Origin: Leidyana gryllorum EB-2025a
Lineage: Eukaryota > Protista > Apicomplexa
Assembly: GCA_048772705.1 (NCBI GenBank)
Contig: JBLWGC010000202.1
Location: 267,904 to 331,903 of the forward strand
Reading direction: 5' to 3'
DNA length: 64,000 nt
A program made the translations under genes and the position numbers. Shown piece by piece: positions 46,517 to 60,724 of the stretch (position 1 is the stretch's first letter; every line of letters starts with the position of its first letter). Below the pieces are notes generated by a model. It had not been told where the DNA came from. It was given only the letters and a program-made list of their open reading frames with translations, and searched no databases.

Positions 46517-47189
46517 GAATTAGACTGCAAAGACGAGGCGTGTTCACTACACGACTCGATACAAAAGCAGCTCTGTATGAACACTTATTGGGGGTCTTTC
46601 TTCGAAAGATTCAACACTGGTGATCCAAAATCTGCTGAGGAGCGGTCGACGCAAAAGTGGGCCCACGGGCGTCGATTGTCTCTTCGACAAAACTCGTTGA
46701 CAGTGATGCAGTCTCATGACACTTTGCCGCTTCTGATTATATGTTACACGTGGCATATGTGAGTGCCCCCCACTAAAACAGTGTCTTCAGGATTCGATTG
46801 ACGTCCCCCGGCTGGCTGAGTGAGTCAGGTGGCGAGACCACTCGTGGAAGCCATCAAATGGGGTGAAAAGAAGGCGGTCTTCACACCGAGTTTCAGATGA
46901 TTACAATCTGACATGAAGAGTGATCAGATTGAAGGGAGGAGAGCTGACTTGTCTCGCTGTCTCCCAGTCAGCCCACCAGTGTGTGTGCAGCCTGTCGCAG
47001 TGAGGGTGCTGAGTTGCCATTTCGAGAAGTTTCGTGTGGCAGAGAGTGTATAACGGGGCAGAGGTACGGTCAGCAACTTATCGCGGCTTGAACGGTCACT
47101 AGTTTGACTCGGAGAGCACCAACCACCACCACGTCGAGTGCCAATATCGTGGGCGGGAAAGCGATGTTCGTCTGCAGTTTTGGTTGTGA

Positions 47190-50100
47190 CTATCGATTGG
47201 CAGCTTCGACTAGGCGACGATAGATGCCATTCTTCAGACTCATCAATTGATTATGGGTTCCCGTCTCAGCTACCGTAGACCCCCTCCCATGCTCGTTCAC
47301 CAGTACTACAATCTTATCCGCATCTCGGACAGTAGATAGGCGGTGGGCGATAACCAATGTGGTGGTTTTATATCTTTGGAGGAGATCATCCAGTGCGGCT
47401 TGCACAATCTTTTCGCTTTCAGTGTCGAGTGCACTCGTTGCTTCATCCAAGATGAGGAGTGAAGGATTTCGAATGAGAGCTCGAGCGATGGCGATGCGTT
47501 GCTTCTGACCACCACTCAGCCTCCCACCGCCTTTGCCCACACAGGTATTGTAACCATCCGGCAATCGCATGATGAACTCGTGGGCATTAGAGAGCTTGCA
47601 GACCGCCTCCACCTCCTGCAGCGTGGCGCCCCCTTCTTTGGCCATAGCAATGTTTTCAGCAATGCTTTCGTTGAAGAGCACCGGTTCCTGACTCACAAGT
47701 CCAATGGTGGAGCGGAGTGAACGAACGTTGAGATCACGAATATCGATTCCGTCCATTGCGATGTGACCACCACCGGCACTTTTTGTCTCCCCCGTCAATA
47801 TCCCCACATTCAATCTCGCATCTTCACTGACATCGTAGAACCGTTCTATCAGTTGTACCGCTGTAGACTTGCCACACCCGCTGGGACCGACCAAAGCTAC
47901 CACCTGGCCTCTGGGAATTGACAAGGACAACCCGTTATAAACCGGAACGTCAATCCGTTGCGGGTATCGGAATTTGACATTGTTGAAGGTCAAAGAAGTC
48001 TCAAGCCCTCCGCTACTCAACGTCCTTCCCTCCTGACTCCTGGCATCCACTTTCGGTATTCGATTCTTTATCGCCCAGATTCGGGCAGCGGCCTCCTTTA
48101 TGGCGGTGTTGTCGACTGCATAGGCCATACTCAGACCGATGCAGTGAGCGGCCAGGACGAAGGCGGTTGTTGCCCGGATCATCTGGTTGGTGGAAATGCT
48201 TCCCGTCTCAATCAGTCTGGCACCATAGTAATAAGAAATGCCCTGACAGTAGTACTGGCCGCCCAACACGAGAGCATAGGCCACACTGGCGATTGTTCCT
48301 CGACGTTTGCCGTGGAGATAATCGCGTTCCACGATGGCATCATACCGATCACACATGTGCTTCTCCAACGAATACGCGGCGATCATCCGCATGTTTGATA
48401 TCGTCTCCGTGACCACGAAACCGGCCCCTTCTTGACCCTCTCCACGATTGACTGTATCGCTGGCACGCGATAGACCGCCAAACTTGTTGTGTACAATGTA
48501 CGCTGGAGCCAATAGACAGAAACAGGCGAAACTCACGGCTCCCAGCTTCAGGTCGGCCTCGAAACCAATCACGATGGCCGTGATGATACTGGCGATGCAG
48601 GCCAGTATGACGCCGACATTCTCTCCCACCCATCCTTGCATCACCAGAACATCAGCGCTCAGAATCTCGCTCAGGTTCCCCGTAGTGTTCACAGGATCGT
48701 CAAAGAACGCCATGTCTTGGTGCATAATACTCTCGAATGTTTGCACTCGGAGCAACTGTGTCAATCTCGCTCCATTGGTCCCAAAGAAGTAATACTGCCC
48801 GAATTGACCTATGCTCATAACGACGGCATATCCGATAAACACTGGGCCCCACGTGTTGCCCCCAGCACGGACTTCGTCCGGGATGTCCGAGTAGAAGGAC
48901 TGGATGAAGAAGCCGACCACAACACCAAACGTTGGCCACATGCATCCGCGGAGCAGTGCGGATGCGGCGCCTAAGGCTGTAGTCGACCAATACGGGCGCA
49001 TCAAAGCCACCACTTCCCGCCATCGCACCTCTCTCGGACCCCCGATTGTCTTTGGCTCGCACAAGTCCAAAACGGCTCCGGTCTCCATTGGTCCTCTCGT
49101 TGACGAAGCGAAGCTCCCTTTGCTCCGGAGAGAGGCGTGGCTAAGCCGAGAGAACTTTTTCCTCAGATGCAGCAGACTCTGATCTCGTTTTGGCAGATCA
49201 GCCTCGAAAGAGCTCGCCACCTCGACATAGTAATCTTCAGCCACAGGGTCCTCTTTGGTATTCTCTTGATTGCGTACGAGCGAGTGATAGAGGCCGTTCT
49301 CCAGCTTCATCAGTTCCTCGTGTGTCCCTTGTTCGACCACCACAGAACCACTGCCGTCATCAGCAGCGTCCAAAACTATGATGAGATCCGCCTTGCGTAC
49401 AGTGCTGAGCCGATGGGCGATGATTATAGTCGTTTTCTTGATCTTAGCCACCAGATTATCGAGAGTCTCCTGCACGATCTTCTCTGACTCATTGTCCAAC
49501 GCACTTGTGGCTTCGTCCAGTATGAGGATTGAGGGGTCGCGAACGATCGAACGGGCTATTGCGATGCGCTGTTTCTGACCGCCACTCAACTGTGCGCCTC
49601 CTTCGCCACAGTAAGTATCGTAATGGCGAGGGAACCCCATAATAAAGTTGTGAGCATTCGAATTCCTCGCCGCGGTGATCATCTCAGACTCGGTGACTTG
49701 GTCGCGAATACCGATGCCTCCGGCTTTGATATTGTCTCTTATACTCGCGGCGAACAACTTGGGTTCCTGTGATACCAATGCTATCCGACTTCTGATCCAC
49801 TTGAGGTTGTAATTCAACAAATCCTCGCCGTCAATGAATATCTGACCCTCCAGCGGATCGTAGTACCGCTCCAGTAATTGGACAATTGTACTTTTACCGC
49901 TGCCACTGCCGCCCACTAAAGCGACAGTCTTCCCAGCAGGGATCTGGAGGTTGAGTTTGGTGAAGATCCGCTTGTCCGGGCGCGTTGGATATGAGAATGC
50001 GACGTTCCTGAATTCGATGTGGCCGCGCAAGCGGTCGGGATCCCCGTCCGGCGACATTTTCATTCCCTCCTCACTCTCCGGATTGATCAGAGAAGTCCGA

Positions 50101-51196
50101 GTGGTCAAAGCCTCGATCTCACAAACAGCCCCCGACGCTCGCGCCAAGGCATTGAGTCCAGGGCCAACTTGGCCGATCGCATACGCGCCCGTCACGAGCA
50201 GTAACACAATGGCAAACGCTCGCCCCGCATCGAAACACCCCAAATCTGGATTCTCCAGACACTCATAGTAGCCATATTTCTCAATGTCATTAGCCGTCAG
50301 CCTCGTTCCATACCACATCCCAATACTCTGAGTGCTAAAGTCAAAGAGCGCCATGCCGCCCAGTCCGAGACCCACAGCCAGTGCACCGCGGGCGGCTTGA
50401 CGGAAACTCTCATGCGTGTATTTGGTATATTCCGTGACAATACGCCTCTCCAAGCCCAGAGCGGCAATGCTGCGAATCGCACCAATAGCCTCCTCGGCCA
50501 AACTTCCGGCTGTGGCATAAGTCTCTCGAGCGCGTGCCCCGGCACTGGCCAAGAGACGTACCATGAAGGTGCATATGACAACGATAGGTATTACTGTGAC
50601 ACTAGCGATCAGTGTCAATTGCCATCCTCGGTAGAAAGCGAGCCCGTAACAGCCCACGAACATTCCGAGATTGTAGAACACTTGAGACAACTTCAATCCG
50701 AGACATTCCCGGATGACTCGGACAGCCTCGTTCAACTTGGTGGCCAGTTGCCCTCGATCAAACTGATCGAACCATCCCATTTCTTGTCGAGTTATTGCCT
50801 TGACGAAATCAGATCTGATCGCGCGTGTCTGCTTCTCTGCCGCCAACTCCATCACAGTCGCCCCAATCCAACATAGAACGAACACTCCAGCCCCCAGCAG
50901 CATTATCGATCGCAAATACCACCACAGCGACCGATCAACCTCCAATCCATTGGCCACCGTCAACATATCACCGAATGAGATGAAGAAGAGTGGCTGCACG
51001 AAACACGTTGAGGACACAAAATCAATCAATTCAGATCACCACTCACCCATCCCAGACCGCCTGTGAAGTTCAGCAGTCCCGCCACCGCCACGAATGTTCG
51101 ATTCATCCGCCCACCATACCGAAGAACTCGCAAGTTGAAGGCAGACCGCGGCTTGACTCCGTGTCCACTACTGGAACGACTGGTATCGCTTTCCAT
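47190..51196 (-). CDS. ABCB1/MDR1-type full-length ABC transporter (P-glycoprotein), about 1317 aa
   Basis: TMD-NBD-TMD-NBD architecture. Walker A GGSGSGKST and GPSGCGKST, two LSGGQKQRIAIAR signatures, two ILDEATSALD, two IAHRLST. Exon 1 (51196..51047; MESDTS...LRYGG...GLGW) splices through intron 51046..50994 into the long ORF. The start codon is probable. Confidence 0.96.
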
Positions 51197-51683
51197 TTCT
51201 CGTCCACCGCCACGCACTTACACTGCTTCTCTCGAAAACTGGGCGTACCCATAGCACAGGACTGTACTGGATTTCGATTGGGACTGGGACTACCCTGGGA
51301 TGGGGATGGGACTGGGACATAGGCCCCTTGTCGGTGTCGCAACCCACAATCAGACGACGAATGAAAAGATCGGATCCCCGCCAAAAAGCACTATCAGGTT
51401 CAGCCAAGTCATATTGTCAACCTCGCCACACTCTCTCCAGTCAGCTTTCTCTTCCCATTAGCCGTCTACTGGCACACTCACTGTGATCAGGGGGGGCTTC
51501 CGAACGAGACACAGTCACAACCCATAGCAACATGAACGACAATCGTTAGACACCGGGGGTCGAAGGTGGGTGACACAGACTGCACCCGCAGCTCTGTGTG
51601 TGTGTATGTGTGTGTGTGTGTGTCTCTCTCTCGCTCTCGCTCTCGCCTGTCGCTTCTGATTGTGGTGTTCAAATTTGTGACCA

Positions 51684-52715
51684 ATGGCCGATGCGTGGAT
51701 TGACCGTGTTGAAGAATCCCGTCCTCTGTCTCACTGGATGAGGAGGGCAAAGAAAGTTGAATGGGTCCTTTACGCTGATGGAAGCTGTGAGTTAAATGTT
51801 CGTCTGGAACGAAAAATCGATTTATGCGACATTGCGGCGCTGACGTCTGCTATTGCGTTGGCCAAACCGGCCGATGTTAGATGTTATGTCAATATGACGG
51901 TGCTGCAATTGTCGTGGACCGGCCCGGTGGACTTTTTGGTGCCCGTCACTGTCACTGTTCTCCAGCGGAACAGGAGTGAGGCGGGACGAGTTGTGGGTGC
52001 CATATCGAGTATCATTTTAGAATTCGAGAACGACAATGTGCAGCAGCAATGGATGATTCTGGACACCTTCAGTTACACCACGGTGGATATGGATGAGATT
52101 CACGAACTGTATGAATGGGCGCCCGGTTTGTCACTGATGAAAATCACGGGGTGGACTGCTCGCCACTTTGGAGAGCAGTTCTTTGACCGGAAAATGGTCT
52201 TCGCCTCCAATGATCCCAACTGTCAATGTAACTTTGTGATAGAAAATAATGGTACCACTGACTCGCGCGGACGTCTCAAATGTCGTCTGCGAATTGAACC
52301 GGTCGGCTCCTTCGGCTATGTCTCCCTTGAGAAACTCTACTCGGAGTTCCTGTTGGGCACAGCTCGCCATAAGAGACTCAATCACGTGACCAAACTGCTT
52401 ATTGATGGTGGCGAGCTCTTCGTCGATGTAGATGAGGACGACGAGCTGGACACAGAGAAACGCGATCACGATATCTATGAGATCCTCACATGTCTGAAAG
52501 CTGCAAAGCTTGAGCTCACTATCCTCTGTGACGCAGATATACAGCTCGGTTGGCTTGAAGACACGCAGCTGAAAAGAGAGTGCAAACTCAAGTTCAAAGA
52601 TCCTCCCAGATATTCAAGTGTCAATGTTCCCTTACAAAGCGAGGTGAGCAGTAAGAACGGCTGGAATGACAGTACACATCTATTCATTCAAACGACGCAG
52701 GCTGCAGCGCGCTGA
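51684..52715 (+). CDS. Hypothetical protein, 343 aa
   Basis: ATG-initiated open ORF with globular composition, divergent from the ABCB gene. No family recognised. Confidence 0.6.
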   Translation: MADAWIDRVEESRPLSHWMRRAKKVEWVLYADGSCELNVRLERKIDLCDIAALTSAIALAKPADVRCYVNMTVLQLSWTGPVDFLVPVTVTVLQRNRSEAGRVVGAISSIILEFENDNVQQQWMILDTFSYTTVDMDEIHELYEWAPGLSLMKITGWTARHFGEQFFDRKMVFASNDPNCQCNFVIENNGTTDSRGRLKCRLRIEPVGSFGYVSLEKLYSEFLLGTARHKRLNHVTKLLIDGGELFVDVDEDDELDTEKRDHDIYEILTCLKAAKLELTILCDADIQLGWLEDTQLKRECKLKFKDPPRYSSVNVPLQSEVSSKNGWNDSTHLFIQTTQAAAR

Positions 52716-52969
52716 GGTGGCCCCAAAGTATCTAATTCGCCCGTTTCCCAAGAACTGGTCACACTTTCCGACAAGATGAGATGTTAGCATTGATACGGGA
52801 GCTTTCCGAAAAGGGAAAGGCTCCGAGGGGGCACGCCGTCCGTTGGGAAAAGTTGTCAGCCGAATGTGAAATTAGATGAGATAGTCGAACAGTGAGAGGC
52901 AAAGTCGCCCCAGAAAAGTTGAATGTCGGACAGACGCCCATAAATAACTGAAACGGTTAGATGAAACGG

Positions 52970-54786
52970 TTAGAAAGTAGCCAAGATGTTCCACTGCAGA
53001 AGTTCGTGACGTTTGTGGCACAGAACGCGATGTCTGATCCAGGCATCATACGGAGTGATTCTGAAAATGTCAGAATCTCTCCAGGAGAGAGCTGGTTGTG
53101 CTTGCGGTAGAGTTGCACGCAGCATTTTCGAGTACCACTCCTGAAGTTGTGCAAGAGGCACATTGTCCCTCTCGGTCCACAGCTGGATGTTTGTCCCAGC
53201 GATGTGGACAATGTCTTCCACTCTCCGCCAAGGGACCCTTTTGTCTTCAAAAGAGGACTTTAGATATTCCGATATTTCGTCGTCAGGTAGGCCTATCCAG
53301 GTGTACAACGCTTTGAGCGTCTCATCGCTGTATTCACCGGACGCCAGTTCCCAGAAGACCATATGCCAGGGATACTTGGGGATGGGAACGGCTTGCAGCC
53401 CGAATCTTAGCTGTCTCCCAGTGTACCGCCAGATTGCGTGACCGACGGAATAAAGTTTAACCCAAAAGTCAATGGACCGGCTGAATCCCACAACGCCAAT
53501 GTGGGTGATCATTGGCCCTTCAATGTCGGCACGAATGCCGTCAACGTCAACATACGCATTTGTGAAAAGCAGACCCACTCGAATATGCTTTGGATCGACC
53601 GGGCTCGAGAAATTATGAACAGAAGCCCCTCCCCAAACCGCCAGGGGTAGCTGAACATACTCGGTCCGCCAAATGTGATCGTATTCGGGGGCGGCCCAGG
53701 GGCGTTCCACACGTTGATTTTCAGGTCCGTCACAGTAGATCACCGATTTCGCGGCCGCCCAATCCTCAAGCGGTCCCTTCGGACCGTCCGCGGCCCAGTA
53801 AACGGTGCCTCTGGGCGCTGAGGCCATGAAGTCCGCATGGGAAGGCTTCGCCGTGACCAGTGGGAGCCATGCCAGTTCGGTCGGGGCTTCCTCCAGACGA
53901 AGAGTGGTTGCCAAACGGAACCAGGCATCTCCTGGAGGTACACACATGACGCTTCTATCGCGCAGAGTCACTGCACTTCTGACGTGGGCTGCAAGCTGTC
54001 TGAATGTGCGTTCTCGACACAAGACCGTCGCATAGTCCCATTCATTAGTGCTGAAACAGCTCCCATCACACCTGGACAAGTCGAGTGTCGAAAAGATGTG
54101 GGAAAGCCGAAGCAACTGACTCTGCTGGAGATCTGCAGCGCAGATTGGAATCGGCGTTTGTCGGAGAAGTGCACTCCTGTTGAACTGGGGCCGCTCTTCC
54201 AAACACATTCACGGACGGGAAGGGTGATGAACACTTTGTGTTCACAAGACTGTGGCTGACACATGAGGGAACATTCGAGGGCAAAACGATCAGACTGAGC
54301 TCGGGGGCCTCAATCTCGACCGCCTTGACAGTCAGATCCAATCCGGGCCAGATTTTGGCAGTTGAGAGATCCAAGTGGGTCAATTTGGGAAGCACCAGTG
54401 AGTGTTACAGCGAGTCTGTAGTCATCGAAAATCAGACAGCCACTCACTCGAAGTCTTCGCAGCTGCGGCAGACCCCAGTTGGAGAGTTTCACCAGCAGGC
54501 GGAGTGACCAATTGGAGGGTCGACATCGGCCCTGTACCACTTCCAAACTCTCCAAAGTGGCACATATTGCCTTAAGCCACGTATCAAACCATGGGCGCTG
54601 GACCAATTGGAGGTGGAGAGGCTGGTGCAACTCGAGGTGACGAGGCCGAAATCCAGGCGGAGTCCCAGTCAGCAAGCGTCTGAGTCTGGTGCACACTCCA
54701 GCTACTCGAGGGAGTTCACAGAGAGGCAGAAACCGGAGGATCTGACACCAGTAGATATCATTGTTTGTTATCCACGCTCGTGACAT
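52970..54786 (-). CDS. Mirror copy of the 33421..35236 F-box gene (one frameshift near 54405)
   Basis: Near-identical reverse complement. Confidence 0.75.
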
Positions 54787-54803
54787 GAAGGACAGACAGA
54801 CTT

Positions 54804-56722
54804 TTATCGTTGAATTTTATGTGGACAGTAGCCGGGCACTACTCTGGGCAAATTCCAGGCAACTAACGCGTCGAAATCTGCATTCAACAGGCGATGGAGG
54901 TACCACGGATTGCTCTGTTCCAATTCGCCAATCACATGATCTCTCCACTCCACCAGACACTGCGCCTCCGGGAGTGTCGCATCAATCATTTCCGCATACC
55001 AATGCTCCAAAATCGAATATGGTACATCTCGTAAGCGTTGACCAACGGGAGCCAATGGCGGGACAGAGCTTTTGATTTAGTCTTCAAGCGTCTACGTAGT
55101 GTCGTATTCTGGTCAAAAGAGCTTTCAAGGTACGCCTGAGTCTCAGATTCGGACACATCCATAAAGGCGAAGAGAGTCCCGAGAGTTTCATTTGTATACA
55201 ATCCGGAAGCGAGCTCCAGGAACACCCGCGGCCACGGTGCACAGGCGATCGGCACTGCATGTAGGCCGAAGCGGAGTCGCTTGCCGGTGTCGTGCCACAC
55301 ACCGTGGCCGATGAGGTACAATTGGGTCCACACGTGCACTCTCTCTGTCATACCGACGACGGCGATATAGTCGATATGGTATTCTCTTATCATCTCGCTC
55401 AACAGAACAGGATTGGTTTCTCCTTGTGCATAGATTCTGATGACGCGCAAGGCACCAGGGGCCAACCTCTCCGCCAGACACGCCTTTCTCTCTCGCCGCA
55501 GACCTGACCACCACGCAATCGTCGACTCAATCCGGCGAGTATCCCCCCCCGCAGGGGGAAAGGAGGAGTTATCACACTCCAACTTCCCGTAAAAAGTCGA
55601 GTTGCTGTGCGATGTCACAGGTACCTCAGAGCCGCTGAGCTCCGTTAGCGTCGAAAGGGGGCGCTCTCGAATCAACGGCAGCCATCGGAGGGTGTCTGGG
55701 GCAGAGACCAGTTCGCGGGTTGTAGACAACTGGAACCACGCGCGCCCCGGAGCTTCGCAAGCACTCGAGACGAACTTTTGTCTCGCATCGATGTAAGTCC
55801 GTCCAGTAGTGAAGAACCACGTGGCGGGAGACGAAGAGAGGAAAGCACAACACTTCAGCGGGAACATTCGCTCCTTATGTCGCCACCGGCGCTCGAACAG
55901 GTCCAGAAGACGTTGTGCCGCACTACAGCAAAAGTGTCTGTTGACGAATGTCGGTCTCACTCTTCTGATTGCGGCCATCCAGGATCTGTGATCCGACCGA
56001 GATTCGGTGGCAGACATCTGGGCTGCACTGTGAAACACGTGAGGCATTGCCACTCCTGGTCACTCCCAGCGGATGAGCTGTCCGCGTTGACATCGGGCCC
56101 TTCGTCCCACTTACACAACCACTTGACGATGACGTCGTCATCCGTGGCAATCATGATGAGGCCCCGGTCTGGCGGGGCCGTGACGCCCGACTGGTAAGCT
56201 CGCTCCACAAGCGGGTGCTGAACAAGAAGAAATCCACGCGGTGGAAGGGCCAAGCAGCACAACTTTGGGGCCTCAAGTCGTAAACCGTCGCAGGTTCCAC
56301 TATGGGGCACTAAGCATGTAGATAAGTCCAAACGCAGTAAGTTGGGCAGACACAAAGCTTCACGTTCCCACGAAGTCTCGAAAAGCAAGTTGTCTCGCAT
56401 CCACATCTCCTTTAGATTCGGGAGACCAAAGTCACAAAGTTTGAAAAGAAGGTTCATGGACCAATTCCGCGTACCCGGGCAGTAACACACAATTGTCAAC
56501 GACTCAAGGGTTGCGCACATTCTCCTCAGCCAGTCCCAGAACCAGCGACTCCTCTCCAGGTATGAAAACTGAAGTCGATTCAGATAGAGGTGTTGCGGTC
56601 GAAAGGTTGTATTCTCGGATGTGAGTATATGATGGACATCCTTGGACACTTGAGCAAGCCGGGGTAGACTCCACGAGGGGCAGAAACGACAGGATCTGAC
56701 TCCAGAAGGGGAAATCGGCCAT
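54804..56722 (-). CDS. Mirror copy of the 31489..33403 F-box gene (frameshifts near 56668 and 55035)
   Basis: Near-identical reverse complement; its frameshifts differ from the one in the left arm. Confidence 0.75.
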
Positions 56723-57070
56723 TGGTCGTTGTTTTTGTCCATTAGTTCATTTTTAGTCGTTGATAGTCAATCTTCCCAGCCAAGTGAGTAATCTCTACAG
56801 TATGGAACTCTCTGATGGACATTTTCTGCCATCAAGCAACCCTCCAAAATTGTGACCGCGGCCCACAATTTTCGTCACGAAGCCCAATCAGAACCACTTC
56901 GAGACGACCCGAACTGAATACCATGGGGAGCAAAACTTCCCTCCAGCTCCTTCATACTTTTCTAAACACTTAAATGCCGTTCTAAACACTTAAATGCCGT
57001 CATCGAAGCTATTCCTCCAGCTCGCAAACGTGTGTGTGCAGACAATCTTTCCGGTCTCAAGTGCTGAGGA

Positions 57071-58310
57071 ATGCTGAACGACGACATCTGGACCCATATT
57101 CTGGGTTACCTACCGCTATTGGAGCTGACAAAAGCGGCAGGAATCTCCAAACAGTTACCTAATATCCTTCACTCTGAGAGTTCACTACTCGTTTCTCAAC
57201 ACTGTTTGTTCTCTTGGCGCCACACGGTGGGCCTGGGTACAGCGCGCCTCCTGGTTTGAAACATGGCTCTGCCGATCGTGCGCATACCTGGAGTGCTTCA
57301 CCTGGACATAATTCAAGCTCAAAAGGCGATCACAGATCTCCTATAAAAGATGTCTCAATGGGGACTGAATGGCAAGTTGTTGTCTGTAACGGCTATTACC
57401 GCATAGATCAAGTCCAACTTATGTCTGGCCCAAAGCCACGCACAAAGGCGTCAGCAGGACCTCTGCAATCCGGTGCTTGAACTATTGATCGGTCTCGCAC
57501 GCTCCTTCGTGGGCGAAGCCGTGGCGAACAAAGTAAATGAGGACGCTCGTGATCAAAGTGTATTGGCCCGCCTCTGTAATAGTTCTGCACGACACCCTTC
57601 GAGCAGAGACCACAGTCGTTGGGCTAATCTCAACATTGCTTGGACGAAGGACTCCGCAGGAAACTGAGGTTCAATTCTTTGAGAGGCGCGAATGTCTCTC
57701 ATCGAGTGTCCCAATACACCGAGTCCCATTATTGTGGGTCCGTGGACCAATTGACAGCGCGCTGCTTCTTCAAGAGGCATGAGCGAATCCAGGGTGGTGG
57801 CTCGTTGTCATGGCTGTCCGCAGGGGCGGCGTGAGTGTGTGTGCTATCGCCTCGCCGTTAGTCAACCGGTGTGCGCCAGCGTTATCCCATGGATTCTATG
57901 TTCGCGGCATCTCCGCTATGGGCCCACCCTAGCAGGAGACACATCTGAACCGTATTGGGTTTCGAGGTGATCTGGTGGGCAGGTGCAGATTCGATGAAAA
58001 GTAGCGTGATTGAATCTCCCAAGCCGATGTGGAACTGGCAGCTGTGACTTCTGCCACTTTTCGCTCCAACATGTATAGTACACAACAAGTTCGGTGGTCC
58101 ATCGCCGAGTGAAGGGGGGCGCTTTTTGTGGTCACAGACAGAGGGGACATCAATTGATTGTCGCTTATTCTTTGGAGACCATGAGGGGTCCGGCCAAAGA
58201 AGGGGCTACCAGCAAGACGATGCCGGGGCAGGCGAGCAACGACTTTGAAGCCAGCGACTCCCCTTTTGCGGCTCTCAGCCCGTTGCCGCACCAATGACAC
58301 TTCTTATAAG
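57071..58310 (+). pseudogene. Mirror copy of the 29900..31140 F-box pseudogene
   Basis: Identical MLNDDIWTHILGYLPLL ORF at 57071..57259. Confidence 0.7.
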
Positions 58311-60724
58311 AGTTCGCCCTCCCTCAATGGTCGGTCTCACAGGGGCGTTTTTTGCGGGACTAAAAGTGCCTTCGAATATCGTGAGTTCATAGACGAGGAG
58401 GTGTAAGTGTCCTCCTCTGGGAGTTCACCCTGGTCTACTGGTCGTTCTCTTGCTCCTGTTAGTGAGCGCTCTGGGGAGGATGCTGGGCCTTCTAGTGCGT
58501 CTAGTGCTGATTGTCATTCCGGTAAGTTCGTGTGTTTGTAGTGCCGGTGTCTCCGTGGAGACACGTGTATTCATGTAACTAAAAAGGGGTCACAATACCT
58601 ACAGGAGGCGTGCATGTCGAATCCATCGGATCGCCTCGCCGGTGTGTACCAGCGAGGCGATAGGCACCACACGTCCGACAGCCACGACAAGAGGCATCAG
58701 ACAGGTAACAAAGCACCGCGTTGAAATTTGGTCGCAGTTCAGAACACGCGATGCCGAGCCGGCGAGACAGCCAGGGCTCTTACCGCAATTGAAGCGTCAA
58801 AAACCTCTGCATCAACCCATCCCAAGCACTCAAAAAAACGTGGCGTAACGATGGGGCAATGCTCGTAACTCCGTGGGAGGGGGCGTTGTACCTCCCCCTG
58901 CTCGGGAGGGTGTTCTGGTATATCCGTCAGCAAAGCGCAGTCGAGACAACTCGACGTCGAGCTCGACACTTCTTGGTGGGAAGGCGTCCACGAGGCTGCG
59001 CTCAGCGCTGCGGTTGACCAACTGTAAGTTCGGATTGATCTGATTGGTAATGGCCCTAATAAAGAGTGTCGCTTTCTCTCCTCGTTGCTGGAGTGGCGTG
59101 TGGAGAGACATACGAAAAGAAATGCCAGACACGATGAAATTCAACATTTGCTCAGGCGACTAGAAGTCTGCGGGCAAGGACATGGTGGCCAACGCGAGAC
59201 AGGCCGCAGAAGACCCAAATGGCGCGGAACGCGCCACAGAGGGGCACCACTGGCCACTGGTGCGACTACTGTGGAAGTGGCCGCCCAAAACGAGAGCATG
59301 AATCATATAGAATCAAATTCACGACTGCAAATCCAGTCGTTGTAATTGGTGACCGGCTGCACTGGCTGCTCGTCGTGTACGTCCTCCTCCAACTCGACGG
59401 AGGCGGACAGCTCATCGATGGGCTCCGTGCCTGGCTTAGATCTTGGTCCATCACGCACCATTCAGTCACTTAGTATTCGGTCCGGTCAATCGGATGCCGG
59501 TGTCTCCGTGTCAGTCGGCATCCAATCAACACTCGTAGATTACCACATGCAAAATATTATAAAACGGAGATGCAAAAAGGAGCGTTCACTAAACTAGGGT
59601 TGTGCTACCTTACCATTCAATGTCACACAAGAGTTTGACGAATCACGTACCTAATGCCAATGAGCACACAATGCCTACACGATTCTGATGATAGACACGT
59701 TGAACGTGAAGGAGTCATGTTGAACAACATACCCTCCTTCTTGTTACCACAACTGTTGGACCCAACGACTGAACCGCAAGATTTGATCCTGGGATGTTCC
59801 ATGTTCTGTTACCGACAAGCCCACCACCCCATTGATATGTTACTGACGGACTCTGGTCGAAATCGAGAGGGTCGTTGAACTCTTCGTTCCGGATGCTCGG
59901 ACCACCAGTCTCATCGTCGTGCTTCCTGCGTCTTCATCCGTCGATGATGGAACGCATTTCTGAGTCGTTTGATGAATTATTCATAGTTTCAGTTAAGTCA
60001 CAAATAAACAAAAAGGAATGCCAGCACACGTGGGTGTCTAATCTGTGTCTCCCTCTATTGGTGGTTGGAATCGTAAAATTTGCCTAAAGGTCTAATCCTG
60101 GAAATAGCAGTTTATCAGAGCTATCTAATGTAGCAGGCCGGTATATAAACGTAGTCAGCGCAGATCAGCCGCCTCTGTCAGTGTAGTGTTAGCCCACTAT
60201 GACCGATCAAGGGCTTCGCCGTTACCACCGAGCGTTCGATACCGTCAAGCAAAGGTACGAAAAACCCATCTCGCAAGATTGCTCGCTGTGAAGGCGCTCT
60301 CCCAGAGAGCTGTGCCTCTGAAGCCTTCCCCATACCCAACCATCAGCCACACGACTATGAAATGAATGCTTCCAGCTGCTCTTTGGATCTGCTGCCGCGA
60401 CTCCCCCGTCTGTATGACGGCCTAAGTCTCGATCTCTCGTTGGCCGACGGACTCCAGCACTGCGCAAATTATCTGGTTGTGCGGGTTAATGGTGTCCTGC
60501 AGCGGAGTTCGGGAGGCGCAATTGAGGGGAGTTTGGTGAAGATAACCATATCTACAATAGGTGGCAGTGGAGACGACCCGACACAGCCTACAGGAGACGA
60601 CATTGAGATGGGCTCCAACGGAACCAGATGACGACGACGACGACGACGACGACAAGTCAATCCGCAAACTCGGCAAGCTCTTCTTCTTTCTGTGGATCAG
60701 CAGACGCACGCGCACACGCAAAAA

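Noticed and set aside
41000-47100. Protein-coding genes, a transposase or a protelomerase near the fold
   Set aside because: Only short ORFs that differ between the arms; no recognisable RT, integrase, transposase or tyrosine-recombinase motifs.
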